Shown here piece after piece: positions 9,748 to 19,625 of a DNA stretch of 64,000 bases. The notes below the pieces were generated by a model. The model did not search any database. It was not told the DNA's origin and was given only the letters and a program-made list of their open reading frames with translations. Position 1 is the first letter of the stretch, and every line of letters begins with the position of its first letter. This DNA comes from Armatimonadota bacterium (lineage in GTDB: Bacteria > Armatimonadota > SYMT01). The position numbers and the translations under genes were made by a program. The DNA is taken from contig JAWLHY010000005.1 of NCBI GenBank assembly GCA_041690135.1, positions 307,261 to 371,260 on the forward strand, in the 5' to 3' direction.

Positions 9748-10407
9748 ATGGCGATTGAGGACCAGAGACTGGTAGCCGAAGTGGAGCGGGCGATTGGGCT
9801 GCTTACCAACGTCAGCCATAACGAGCTGCGAGTGACCGCGGATAAGGGCCGGGTGCGCATCGATGGCGTGGTCCGCCACCTGGATGCCAAGCGGGAAGCG
9901 ATCGAAGCGGCCTGGAAGGTCCACGGGGTGGTGGCGGTGGACGAAGCCATCGCGGTGGAAACGCCCCGCCCGCCGCGGGATACGGTGCATTCGGAGGCTC
10001 TCGACGAGGCCCTGGAGGAGGACGAGGAAGTAGCTGCAATTCGCTTGGGCGCCAATTCCGCGCGAGGGCAGGCGGTAATGGTAGGATCCGCGGAGTCCGT
10101 TCGGGAACTGGGCCGGGCGATGGATACCGCTTCCGAAGTGCGGAATACGACGAACATCATCGACAGCGCTCGGATCGGCAATCCCTACGGTCCGGACCAG
10201 GTTCAATTAGCGAACGCAGTGGCGGACGTGATCCGCCGGCATCCGGTGCTGCACAACCGCCAGATCCGGCCGATCATCGAAGATACGGGGAAAGTCGTCC
10301 TCACCGGTCAGGTGCAGAATGAAAGCGAGAAGCGCGAAGCTCTCAACGCCGTCTCCGGAGTTCCCGGTCTGCACAGTGTCCGCGAGGATCTCGAGATCGT
10401 GCCGTAG
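9748..10407 (+). CDS. Triple BON-domain (OsmY-like) protein
   Basis: Three ~70-aa units (GRVRIDG..VHGVVAV; GKVVLTGQV..VPGLHSV); RBS AGGAGG. Confidence 0.85.
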   Translation: MAIEDQRLVAEVERAIGLLTNVSHNELRVTADKGRVRIDGVVRHLDAKREAIEAAWKVHGVVAVDEAIAVETPRPPRDTVHSEALDEALEEDEEVAAIRLGANSARGQAVMVGSAESVRELGRAMDTASEVRNTTNIIDSARIGNPYGPDQVQLANAVADVIRRHPVLHNRQIRPIIEDTGKVVLTGQVQNESEKREALNAVSGVPGLHSVREDLEIVP

Positions 10408-10422
10408 TGGCGTTCCTGATCC

Positions 10423-10467
10423 GCGAATTGCGCGAATGGAGCGAATGGAGCGAATGGAGCGAATGGA
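10423..10467 (+). repeat. Nonamer tandem repeat (GCGAATGGA)x4 plus one degenerate copy
   Basis: Read directly from the sequence. Confidence 0.9.
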
Positions 10468-10619
10468 GACGCGCGCGTCGAATCGAGGCGCGGGTGCGGA
10501 GGCTCCGGTGGGTAACCACCGGAGCCTGACTTTTTGCGTAGCATCCCCGTGACCCTTCGGGCGGCAGTTGCATCCAAGTAGGCGGGACTGAGAACCGTGC
10601 CTGCAGGAGCTTCGTCGCC

Positions 10620-11168
10620 ATGCGTGCTTCCAATATGATGCCGGAGTCGGCCGAACCCCGCGGCCACCGGCAATTGAGTCACCTCCCGCAATCCCAGGTG
10701 GCCAGTCTACTGGCCTCCCACCGGCCGGCTCTCCGTGCCTTTATCTGCCGGCGCGGGTTTACCCCCGACGATGCGGAGGACCTGGCCCAGGAGACGATCC
10801 TGCGCGCGTGGTGCCACCAGGCCAGCTTTCAGGGCCCCTGCCTGGCGGCGTGGCTTTACCGGATCGCCGCAAACCTCACGGTGGACACGGTGCGGCGCCG
10901 GCGCCTGCGGACGGTCCCCCTCGATCTGGCGGAGCAGGCGACGCTGTTGACCGACGAGGCCTGCACAGCATCAGCGACCTACGAGCTCATCCGGGACAGG
11001 ATGGCGGATCTCTCTCCCGAGCAGCGGGAGATCCTGCGGCTACGGTATGAGGCGGATCTATCGATCGTGGAGATTGCCGGGCGCCTCCGGTGCACGGACG
11101 GGGCCGCCAAACTCCGCGTTTTCCGTGCGGTCGAAGCCCTACGCCAGCGCTGCGGTGTGCATCGATAG
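10620..11168 (+). CDS. ECF sigma-70 factor
   Basis: DAEDLAQET; AWLYRIAAN; region-4 HTH; no anti-sigma gene adjacent. Confidence 0.85.
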   Translation: MRASNMMPESAEPRGHRQLSHLPQSQVASLLASHRPALRAFICRRGFTPDDAEDLAQETILRAWCHQASFQGPCLAAWLYRIAANLTVDTVRRRRLRTVPLDLAEQATLLTDEACTASATYELIRDRMADLSPEQREILRLRYEADLSIVEIAGRLRCTDGAAKLRVFRAVEALRQRCGVHR

Positions 11169-11313
11169 GCAACGCCGAGGGCCGGTGCCGACGTAGATAC
11201 CGGTGAGGGGTGGGACAACTTCCAGAGGGATGGGCACGTCAAGAGTTACAGTGCCTCCGGCATTCTCCCCCAGGGCCGGGGAGCCAACCTGATCTGGATG
11301 CTGCACTGAGCGA

Positions 11314-12732
11314 ATGACACTACTACGACACTGGACGATCCGGAGACGACGAGTCACTTTGACGCACAGTTCGGCACGGCAGAGGGGGGCACAGATCGGT
11401 TTCCGCCCGAGGGCTGTCGGGCTGGCCCTGGTGATGACGATTCTGGGCGCACTGCTCGCCGGATGCAATACCGGACGCTCCGTGCCCGGAACCACGCGCG
11501 TCTCCTTCATGGTGTTCGGCGATCCGGCGGAGCTGGCGGCCTACCGAAAACTGGTGGCCGCGTTCGAAGCGAAACAGTCCGAAGTTCGCATCCAACTGAT
11601 CCACATCCCCAGTCAAAAGGAGTACCGGCGACGGCTCGCCGCGGACTTCACCGGCGGCGCTCCGGCGGATGTCCTGCTGAGCAACTATCTGCGGTTTAGC
11701 GATCTGGCGTCGCGCGGCGGGGTCGAGATCCTGACTCCCTACTTCGTCCGCAGCACAGTTCTGCGGGAAGAGGAGTTCAATCCCCTCGTTCTAAAAGCGT
11801 TCACGTGGCGGAACCGGCTCTACGGCATCCCGCAAAACGTTTCGAGCCTGGTCGTCTACTATAACAAGGCCCTGTTCGACGCGGCCGGTCTACCGTACCC
11901 GGAGGACGACTGGAACTGGAATGATTTCGTGCGGACGGCCAGGGCGTTGACGCGCGATGTGGACAGCGACGGGCGGACCGATCAGTACGGCCTGGGGGTA
12001 GAGCCGACGCTGACCCGTCTTGCTCCTTTTATCTGGCAGAACGGCGGAGAGCTCGTGGATAACCGTCTGGAACCGACTCGGCTCCGGTTGTTGGAAGCTC
12101 CCGCCGTGGAGGCAGCGCAATGGTTTGTGGACCTCCAGGTGCGCCACGGGGTAGTCCCCAACCGGGTGGAAGAGCGAGCCGAAGAGAGTGAAGCGCGCTT
12201 CCTCAATGGGCGCACGGCCATGTTCCTGAACAGCCGCCGGGGAGTACCCACCTATCGGGAGATCCGGGGCTTCGATTGGGACGTGGCGCCGCTGCCCCGG
12301 GCTAAGGAGCGGGCCGGGATCCTGCATTCCGATGCCTATTTCATCGCCCGCTCCAGCCGCGTGAAGGACGCCGCGTGGCGGTTCATCGAGTACGCCTGTT
12401 CCCGGGAAGGGCAGGAGATCATCGCTGCCTCCGGGCGCACGGTGCCTTCCAATATGACCGTTGCTGCCTCCGCTGCTTTCCTCGATCCGGAGCGCAAGCC
12501 TCAGAACAGTCGTGTCTTCCTCGACACGGTACCGGTGATGCGCGCGGCGCCGCAGCACGCGGGCTGGGTGGACATCGAAGAGATCGCCAGCGACGAACTG
12601 GAGCGGGCGTTTTACGGTGAGGTGGAGCTCGCCGAGGCGCTGCGGCGGACCGTGGAGCGGACCCAGAACGTCTTCAATGAGTACGGGCCGGGGGCGGTTT
12701 CCGTGGCGGTTCCACCGGCGCCGGGGCATTGA
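11314..12732 (+). CDS. Carbohydrate ABC transporter substrate-binding lipoprotein
   Basis: LLAGC lipobox; [11 protein letters not shown]; FDWDVAPLP; true start probably downstream. Confidence 0.9.
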   Translation: MTLLRHWTIRRRRVTLTHSSARQRGAQIGFRPRAVGLALVMTILGALLAGCNTGRSVPGTTRVSFMVFGDPAELAAYRKLVAAFEAKQSEVRIQLIHIPSQKEYRRRLAADFTGGAPADVLLSNYLRFSDLASRGGVEILTPYFVRSTVLREEEFNPLVLKAFTWRNRLYGIPQNVSSLVVYYNKALFDAAGLPYPEDDWNWNDFVRTARALTRDVDSDGRTDQYGLGVEPTLTRLAPFIWQNGGELVDNRLEPTRLRLLEAPAVEAAQWFVDLQVRHGVVPNRVEERAEESEARFLNGRTAMFLNSRRGVPTYREIRGFDWDVAPLPRAKERAGILHSDAYFIARSSRVKDAAWRFIEYACSREGQEIIAASGRTVPSNMTVAASAAFLDPERKPQNSRVFLDTVPVMRAAPQHAGWVDIEEIASDELERAFYGEVELAEALRRTVERTQNVFNEYGPGAVSVAVPPAPGH

Positions 12733-13628
12733 TCGCGGGCATGGGGAAGTCGCGTCGTAAACCCCGCACTGCCGGGAGAGAATGGCTCCTGGTGCCTTTT
12801 CTGGGGGGAGCGCTGCTCCTGGTCGGCGTACCGGCGCTGCTCTCCTTCGCGCTGGCGTTCACGCGATATGATGCGCTCGGACCGCCGCAGTGGGTGGGGT
12901 TGGCGAACTTCACGGAAGCGCTGCGCGATATCCGCCTGGGCGCCGCGATCCATAACTCCGTTTACTTCATCGCCCTGGCGGTCCCGCTCCGGCTGGTGGG
13001 GGCCCTACTGCTGGCGCTCCTGCTGAACCGTCCGTTCCGCGGAGTGGGCGCCTGCCGGGCGGCGGTGTACCTACCCACGGTGATTCCGGATGCGGCCTAC
13101 GCCCTTATCTGGCTCTGGATCTTCAATCCCGTCTTCGGACCACTGAACCTGGTGCTGGGGGCACTGCGGTTACCGACCCCCACCTGGTTGGCCGACCCGG
13201 CCACGGCGAAGCTCGTCTTCGTGGGGATGTCGCTGTTCCAGATTGGGGAAGGGTTCGTGATTCTGCTTGCCGGCTTGAAGAGCATTCCGCGGGAGTATTA
13301 TGAGGCGGCCCACGTGGCGGGTGGGAGCCGGTGGCAGGCATTTCTGTGCATAACGGCGCCGCTGCTGTGGCCCTGGCTGGCGCTGTTGACGTTTCGGGAC
13401 GTCATCCACAGCTTCCAGTACACCTTCACTCACGCCTTCCTGATGACGGGCGGGGACCCATACTACTCCACGCTCTTCATGCCGCTGTTGGTCTATGAAG
13501 AAGCCTTTGACCGGTTCCGGTTCGGTGTGGGATCGGCGGTGATGCTGCTGATGTTCCTGCTCACCGCCGTGATGATCGCGGCACTCTACCGGGTGTTTCG
13601 AGGACGGGGATACGCCGATGCCGCGTGA
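12729..13628 (+). CDS. Carbohydrate ABC transporter permease
   Basis: VGLANF; YYEAAHVAGG EAA motif. Confidence 0.92.
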   Translation: MIAGMGKSRRKPRTAGREWLLVPFLGGALLLVGVPALLSFALAFTRYDALGPPQWVGLANFTEALRDIRLGAAIHNSVYFIALAVPLRLVGALLLALLLNRPFRGVGACRAAVYLPTVIPDAAYALIWLWIFNPVFGPLNLVLGALRLPTPTWLADPATAKLVFVGMSLFQIGEGFVILLAGLKSIPREYYEAAHVAGGSRWQAFLCITAPLLWPWLALLTFRDVIHSFQYTFTHAFLMTGGDPYYSTLFMPLLVYEEAFDRFRFGVGSAVMLLMFLLTAVMIAALYRVFRGRGYADAA

Positions 13629-14436
13629 GTGGCCGCGTGCCGTCACGGCGCTGGCGGTGTCCCTCCTGTTTTTGGTCCCATTGGTGTGGGTTTTCTCCGC
13701 CTCGCTGCGGCTGCCCGGGCTCCCCCCGCCCCGCGTCATCGAGTGGCTTCCCGCCGCGCCGGCGTGGAGCAACTACTCTCGGTTGTTCGAGCTTTTGCCC
13801 TTCGGGCGGTACCTGGTGAACTCCTTAATCGTCGCAGGCCTGGCCGTGCCGCTCACGCTGCTCACCGCCTCGTGGGCCGGGTTTGCGATGGCCGGGCTCG
13901 ACGCCCGCCGCCAGGAAGGGCTGGTGGTCCTCTCGGTGGCGTTGCTGATGGTGCCGGTGACCGCCCTCTGGCTCATGCGGTATGTGCTCTTCAAGTGGTT
14001 GGGCCTTCTGGACTCCTTCGCGGCCCTGGTGGCGCCGGCCGTGATGGGCTCCAGCCCGCTGTTCGTACTGCTGTACTACTGGACGTTTCGCCGGATTCCC
14101 GGCGAGCTCTTCGCCTCGGCTGCGGTGGATGGGGCGGGAGTAATAGCCCAGTGGCGGCGGGTGGCGATGCCGCTGGCGGGTCCCACCACGATCGCCGTGA
14201 GTATCCTCACGTTTCTGATGTACTGGAGCGACTTCATCCACCCGCTGCTCTACCTCAAGTCCGAGGCGCTCTACACGCTCCCCGTGGGCCTGCAGCAACT
14301 CCAGCAGTTGGACCGCACTAACTGGCCTCTTCTCATGGCCGCGTGCGTGGTGTTTACCGCGCCGACGGTGCTGCTCTTCCTGATCGTCCAGCGCTACTTT
14401 CTCCAGGACAGCCCCCTCTCCGGTCTCAACGCCTGA
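13618..14436 (+). CDS. Carbohydrate ABC transporter permease
   Basis: WSNY, LVNS, EAA-like motif, WSDF..PL, TLPVGL. Confidence 0.92.
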   Translation: MPREWPRAVTALAVSLLFLVPLVWVFSASLRLPGLPPPRVIEWLPAAPAWSNYSRLFELLPFGRYLVNSLIVAGLAVPLTLLTASWAGFAMAGLDARRQEGLVVLSVALLMVPVTALWLMRYVLFKWLGLLDSFAALVAPAVMGSSPLFVLLYYWTFRRIPGELFASAAVDGAGVIAQWRRVAMPLAGPTTIAVSILTFLMYWSDFIHPLLYLKSEALYTLPVGLQQLQQLDRTNWPLLMAACVVFTAPTVLLFLIVQRYFLQDSPLSGLNA

Positions 14437-14573
14437 GATTCACGCATGGGGCGGCACGGAGCACGATGGAGCAGGCGACTTGATGCCCGGCTGCCGCTCC
14501 ATCTCGTATGTCGATTGCCATACGCCCCACGGATCCCGCTGTCGCTCCGGATGAATGCGGCCTAGCCCGTGTA

Positions 14574-15032
14574 TTACACGCCGCTGTGCCCGAACCCGCC
14601 GGCACCCCGTTCCGTGTCCGGCAAATCCTGCACTTCGACCCAGTGCGCCCGCATGACGGGCGCGATAACCAATTGGGCGATGCGGTCGCCGCGTTGGAGG
14701 GTGAACGGCTCGTGACCGTGATTGATCAGAATGACGCGGACGACGCCCCGGTAGTCGGGATCGATGGTGCCCGGACTGTTGACCATCCCGATTCCGTGGC
14801 GGATAGCGAGGCCGCTGCGAGGGCGAACCTGTCCCTCGTAGCCCTCCGGAATAGCGATGCGGATTCCGGTGGAGATCAGCCGGCGTTCTCCGGGTGCCAG
14901 GGTGACTGCCTCTTCGACGGCGGCGCGGAGGTCCATCCCCACGGCTCCGGGGGTGGCGTAGGCCGGAATGGGAAGGTCGTCGCAGCCTTCTTCCCGGCAG
15001 ATGAGAACTTTGACTTGATGGCTGGGTTTCAC
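14574..15032 (-). CDS. dut: dUTP diphosphatase
   Basis: GMDL; RPRSGLA; GTIDPDYRG; RIAQL; RGAGGFGHSG. Confidence 0.97.
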   Translation of the reverse strand: MKPSHQVKVLICREEGCDDLPIPAYATPGAVGMDLRAAVEEAVTLAPGERRLISTGIRIAIPEGYEGQVRPRSGLAIRHGIGMVNSPGTIDPDYRGVVRVILINHGHEPFTLQRGDRIAQLVIAPVMRAHWVEVQDLPDTERGAGGFGHSGV

Positions 15033-15105
15033 GACGGTAGGTTCTGGGGAAAGCAGGTGTCTGCCTGCTTGCGAGGGTTGCTACTTTTGGCGACACCGCC
15101 CTCCA

Positions 15106-15855
15106 CTATTCGGTGGATGCCGCCCGTTCCGAGAGGCGATCGAAGGCGAAGCGGGCCAACGGCGCCATGTTGATTACATCTTCGGCATTGTAGGAGAGTA
15201 GGAGCTGGAGTGCTTCCTCGCTGCCCCACCTTGCTTCTCGCCAGAGCCGAACGGCGTCCCAGCCACCCAGGCCGGTGGTCTCCGCGCTCCGTGCCAGGCC
15301 CAACTGCTGCTCGATGTTCTTCAAGCCACCCTTGAGACCCAGCCGCCGTAAGGTGGGACAGAGATCGAGGTGGAGCTGGTCGAACGGCATCCGGGGAAAC
15401 GCTCGCCGGAGAACGGGAATATCGAACCCGCTGCCGAAGAAGGTAACGATCAGCGCCGCTTCGTCCAACGCGTCTTCGAACTCCAGCAGGTTCCGGTCCC
15501 GCACGTATTGTTTCAACTCTCGCCCGTTGTAGAGCCCGATGACCGTCACGCTGTCGAAGTCAGTGCCTCCGTCCGTCTCGATGTCCAGATAGACTACGCG
15601 GCCGGGAAAGGCGTGTAAGGTGCGCCAGTGGTCGCGCGAAGGCAGGCGTTCCTGGAAGAAACGGAAATCGCCGCGTTCCAGGGCCTCCGGCGAGCGGCTG
15701 ACCACGTCCAGGACCGACGCCAGGGGGAGGCGCGGAAGGCGAAAAGAGGTGGGGTTGGACAGGAACGATTGCCAGCAGTCGGCGCCTTGCGCCCAGAGGC
15801 GCTTTTCCGTTTGGTAGCCGATTCCCTGGACGTGAATGAAGGTCTTTTCGAGCAT
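15106..15855 (-). CDS. RNase H-like (YprB/exonuclease family) protein with N-terminal HhH
   Basis: GIGYQTE; YLDIET; FDIP; GGLKNIE; YNAEDV; start at MLEKTF. Confidence 0.85.
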   Translation of the reverse strand: MLEKTFIHVQGIGYQTEKRLWAQGADCWQSFLSNPTSFRLPRLPLASVLDVVSRSPEALERGDFRFFQERLPSRDHWRTLHAFPGRVVYLDIETDGGTDFDSVTVIGLYNGRELKQYVRDRNLLEFEDALDEAALIVTFFGSGFDIPVLRRAFPRMPFDQLHLDLCPTLRRLGLKGGLKNIEQQLGLARSAETTGLGGWDAVRLWREARWGSEEALQLLLSYNAEDVINMAPLARFAFDRLSERAASTE

Positions 15856-16034
15856 AGAGGGGACGCAGGTACTGCGAGTTGAAACGAGTGCGACGTGCCA
15901 GGGTACCACAAGGAAGAAGTGGTGTCCACGGAGGGCACCCGCGGACGAGGGGCAACGGAAAGCTCCGCGGACGTTACAATGGATCGATGGAGGCGGCCCG
16001 TCTCCGACCTCAAGGAACTTCAGGATACATCCCG

Positions 16035-17468
16035 ATGCGTCGTCGCTTACTCGCGTTTCCACTCCTCGCCGCTGCACTCACCGCGTTCGGAATTCCGCGC
16101 CCCTCCTTTAGCGCGGATCCGTCTTACGATCTGGTGATCTCCGGCGGGCGCGTGATGGATCCGGCCACAGGGACGGACCGCGTGGCGGACGTGGGGATCC
16201 GGGGTGGCAAGGTGGTCACCACGAGCGGGAAGGACCTCCGAGGAAAGATCCGCCTCGACGCGCGCGGGAAAGTGGTGGCACCCGGATTCCTGGACATTCT
16301 CGCCAATACGCACCCCGAAGGTGACCGGTACAAGGTCATGGACGGCGTCACCACGGTCGTCGCCACGCACGGTGGGCCGATCGAGGTGGCGAAGTGGCAC
16401 GCGGACCAGGCCGCCCGGGGCCCCCTGGTCAGTTACGGAACGGTTGTGGGGCATTTCGCGCTTCGGGCCGCAGTGGGGGCTACGGACCGGAACCAACCGG
16501 CTACGCCGGAGCAGGTCCGGAAGATGGCCGACCTGGCGGAGAAGGCTCACCGGGAAGGAGCCGTGGGGGTGGGGTTCGGAGTTGAGTACATCCCCGGCAC
16601 GAGTGGCGAGGAAGTAGTGGGGTTGGCGGAGGTGGCCGCGCGCCACCGGACGTCGGTCCATTCCCACATCCGCCTCCCCCACCTGCTCGACCCGTTCCAG
16701 GGGATCAACGAGCTGATCGCGGCCTCGGCGGCTACAGGCGCCCGCGTGCAGGTGATCCACATCGGCAGCATGGCGATCCGCCGTCAGAAGGAGGCGTTGG
16801 CCCTCATCGACCGCGCTCGCCGGCGCGGCATCGACATCGCGGCCGATGTCTACCCGTACGATGCCTGGATGACCCGCCTGGAGAGCGCTATCTTCGATCC
16901 CGGATGGCAGGAGAAGTACCTGCTGGACTACAGCGACCTGGTATGGGTCCGCACGGGTGAGAGGATCACGGCGGAGACGTTCCCGAAGTTCCGGGCGATG
17001 GGCGGCCCCGTGGCCTGCCACCAGATTCCGGAAGAAGACATCGAAACGGCGCTCCGGCACCCGGCCGTCAGCGTGGCGAGCGACGGCTACATCGGCGAAA
17101 CGGCGGCGGACCACCCCCGGGGCGCCGGCACCTTTGCCCGCGTGCTGGGTCGCTATGTCCGCGAGCGGAAGGTGATCCCCCTGATGACCGCTTTGAAGAA
17201 GATGACCGTCCAGCCCGCGCAGCGCCTGGAGCCGGGCGCCCCGGCCCTGAAGAAGAAGGGCCGCCTTTCTCCCGGGATGGACGCGGACGTGACCGTGTTC
17301 GATCCTGCTACCGTCATCGACCGGGCCACCTTCCAGAACCCGCGCCAGTTCAGTGCCGGAGTCACCCACGTCGTAGTCAACGGCGTCGCCGTGGTTCGCG
17401 ATGGGAAGCTGGCCATCGAAACCCAGGGCCCCGGAAAACCGATTCGCGGAGGACGGCCACGCAAGTGA
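16035..17468 (+). CDS. Secreted amidohydrolase (D-aminoacylase-like)
   Basis: Signal peptide; GGRVMDP; APGFLD; ASDG; HPRGAGTF; KGRLSPGMDAD. Confidence 0.85.
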   Translation: MRRRLLAFPLLAAALTAFGIPRPSFSADPSYDLVISGGRVMDPATGTDRVADVGIRGGKVVTTSGKDLRGKIRLDARGKVVAPGFLDILANTHPEGDRYKVMDGVTTVVATHGGPIEVAKWHADQAARGPLVSYGTVVGHFALRAAVGATDRNQPATPEQVRKMADLAEKAHREGAVGVGFGVEYIPGTSGEEVVGLAEVAARHRTSVHSHIRLPHLLDPFQGINELIAASAATGARVQVIHIGSMAIRRQKEALALIDRARRRGIDIAADVYPYDAWMTRLESAIFDPGWQEKYLLDYSDLVWVRTGERITAETFPKFRAMGGPVACHQIPEEDIETALRHPAVSVASDGYIGETAADHPRGAGTFARVLGRYVRERKVIPLMTALKKMTVQPAQRLEPGAPALKKKGRLSPGMDADVTVFDPATVIDRATFQNPRQFSAGVTHVVVNGVAVVRDGKLAIETQGPGKPIRGGRPRK

Positions 17469-17565
17469 GCAGCCGGTGATCCAGACCAGTACATCCCCAC
17501 CCCCTGGATGCGGAATAACGCCTGGAAGTTTGCTCACGGAAAGATTCCGACGCTGCGCGGGCTAA

Positions 17566-17588
17566 CACGAAAGCACGAAAGCACGAAA
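17566..17588 (+). repeat. Octamer tandem repeat (CACGAAAG)x3
   Basis: Read directly; lies between convergent genes. Confidence 0.8.
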
Positions 17589-17751
17589 AGTGTAAAATCC
17601 CCCAGATCTGCAGTGTGCAGGAGGGACATAGCCGTTCGAAGGAGAACGAACGTCACCCATCGGCCGGTTGGTGACCGTGAATAACTCGGACACCAACCAG
17701 TTACTTCCCAATCCTTATCTTTATCCTCACCGGGTCCTTATCTTCCCCGGG

Positions 17752-19353
17752 TCAGTTCTTTCCGTCTTTCTCCCGGAGGAGTTGCGGCGGGAAATCGGCT
17801 GGGCGACTCCCGCCCCGGCGGCGGAGGTTCTGCTGACCGCCGCGGTCGGGCAGCAGTGGGATGTGCATGCCGTGGGTCTGGTCCAGGGTCTCGAAGAGCT
17901 GCCGGTTCAGGTTGCGGACCAGTTGCTGGTGCTGCGGTTCTCGAATCAGGTTTTTCCGCTCCTTGGGGTCCGCCTGCAGGTCGTACAGCTCGTCGGTATC
18001 CCAGATGCCGTGATAGCGGATGTATTTCCACCGGCTCCCCCGCAGGGCGTGCATCGTGGGCGTCTGGGGGAAGTTCCGCTCCCAGTAATACTCGTAGAGC
18101 AGGTAGTCACGGAGCGGCTCCGTGGCCTTTCCCTGGGAATGCGCCAGGAACGACCTGCCGTCCATTCCCTCGGGAGCACGCAGGCCCGCGGCCTCCAGCA
18201 GCGTGGGGGCCACGTCGATGTTGGCCACCGGCTCCTTGACCTGGGTGCCGCCCTTGAACAGGTCGGGGCAGTGGGCCAGCAGGGGAACCTTCATCGACTC
18301 CTCGTAGGCAGCGCGCTTGTCGATCAGGCCGTGCTCTCCGAACATGAAGCCGTTGTCGCCCATGAACATGATCAGGGTTGAGTCGAGCATTTTCCGCTTG
18401 CGGAGATACTCGATCACCCGCCCGACGCTGTCGTCCACGGCCAGCAGGGTTTCGCAGTACCGCTTGTAGTACTCGCCCACGTTCAGGTCGCTGTGGTACG
18501 GGAAGTCGACGCCGTGCCAGCTATTCCGCTGGTTCTTCACCCACATCGGCTTGCCGGCGTAGTTCTCCTCCGTGTTGGCCTGGGTGACCGGTGGAGTGAA
18601 GATCTTGTCCTTGTACCGTCCCTGGTGTCGCTCCGCCGGCACGAAATCCGCATGTACCGCCTTGTGCGAGAGATACAGGAAAAACGGCTGATCATCTTTC
18701 TGTTCGTCAAGCCACCCGAGGGCGTAATCGGTCAGCTCATCCGTGATGTAGCCCTTCTGCGGCACGCGCTTGCCGTTGACGTTCAGTCCGTTGCGGCTGG
18801 GCAGGTAGGTCCCCTGGCCGCGGAAGCTGACCCAGTAGTCGAAGCCCGGCTGTGGAGCGTCGGAGTCGCCGCCCATGTGCCACTTGCCCACAAATCCGGT
18901 CCGGTAGCCCGCCTTCTGCAGGTACTGAGGAAAGTACACCGTGCCTTCCGGCACCGGGTTGTTGTTATCGACTACCCCGTGGCGGTGCGCGTACAGGCCG
19001 GTGAGCACGGAAGCGCGGCTGGGCGAGCAGAGGGCGGTGGTGACGCACGCGTTCGTGTAGTGAATGCCGTTCTTGGCCAGGTAGTCCAGGTTCGGCGTTT
19101 CCAGGAACGGATGGTTCATGAAGCCCATCGCGTCGTAGCGGTGGTCGTCCACCAGGATGTAGACGATGTTCCGGGCCTTTCCGCCGGGGATCCTGTCCAG
19201 GGTGCGCAGTTGCGGCCGCACGGCTTCCTTGCGGTTTGCCGCCTGCGCCGCGCCCGCCGGTTTGCTCCCGGACAGCGTTACCAGGCCCGTGCCTACCGCC
19301 AGGCCGGCAAGGATCGACAGGGCACTCTTCAGCTTCAGTGCTTTAGATTTCAT
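17752..19353 (-). CDS. Sulfatase (GlcNAc-6-sulfatase-like)
   Basis: Signal peptide; DDHRYD; CSPSRASVLTG; GKWH; GDNG. Confidence 0.93.
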   Translation of the reverse strand: MKSKALKLKSALSILAGLAVGTGLVTLSGSKPAGAAQAANRKEAVRPQLRTLDRIPGGKARNIVYILVDDHRYDAMGFMNHPFLETPNLDYLAKNGIHYTNACVTTALCSPSRASVLTGLYAHRHGVVDNNNPVPEGTVYFPQYLQKAGYRTGFVGKWHMGGDSDAPQPGFDYWVSFRGQGTYLPSRNGLNVNGKRVPQKGYITDELTDYALGWLDEQKDDQPFFLYLSHKAVHADFVPAERHQGRYKDKIFTPPVTQANTEENYAGKPMWVKNQRNSWHGVDFPYHSDLNVGEYYKRYCETLLAVDDSVGRVIEYLRKRKMLDSTLIMFMGDNGFMFGEHGLIDKRAAYEESMKVPLLAHCPDLFKGGTQVKEPVANIDVAPTLLEAAGLRAPEGMDGRSFLAHSQGKATEPLRDYLLYEYYWERNFPQTPTMHALRGSRWKYIRYHGIWDTDELYDLQADPKERKNLIREPQHQQLVRNLNRQLFETLDQTHGMHIPLLPDRGGQQNLRRRGGSRPADFPPQLLREKDGKN

Positions 19354-19625
19354 ACCAGTTCTTTTGGGTCACTGTTTGGGGCTATGCGGCCCCCAATTGG
19401 TGGAAGTGAGTGCGGTTGGCCTCCGTGGGCCTCCCATCCGCGTTGCTCTTGTGCTGGGTCACACCAAGCGAGGGGCGGAGCAGAGTGCCAAGCCAGGGTC
19501 ACAACTACGCGCTTGCGTTCGCCCATCAAATCCGGGAGCGGGCGAGCACAGCGGCCCCCTACATTTCGGCTTACCAGAACCAGATCCCATGCCACTCCGG
19601 CCAACAGGCTTTGACTACCGCGCCA

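Noticed and set aside
10423-10467. Short repeats as a possible CRISPR array
   Set aside because: Units are 6-9 nt with no spacers, and no cas genes are present
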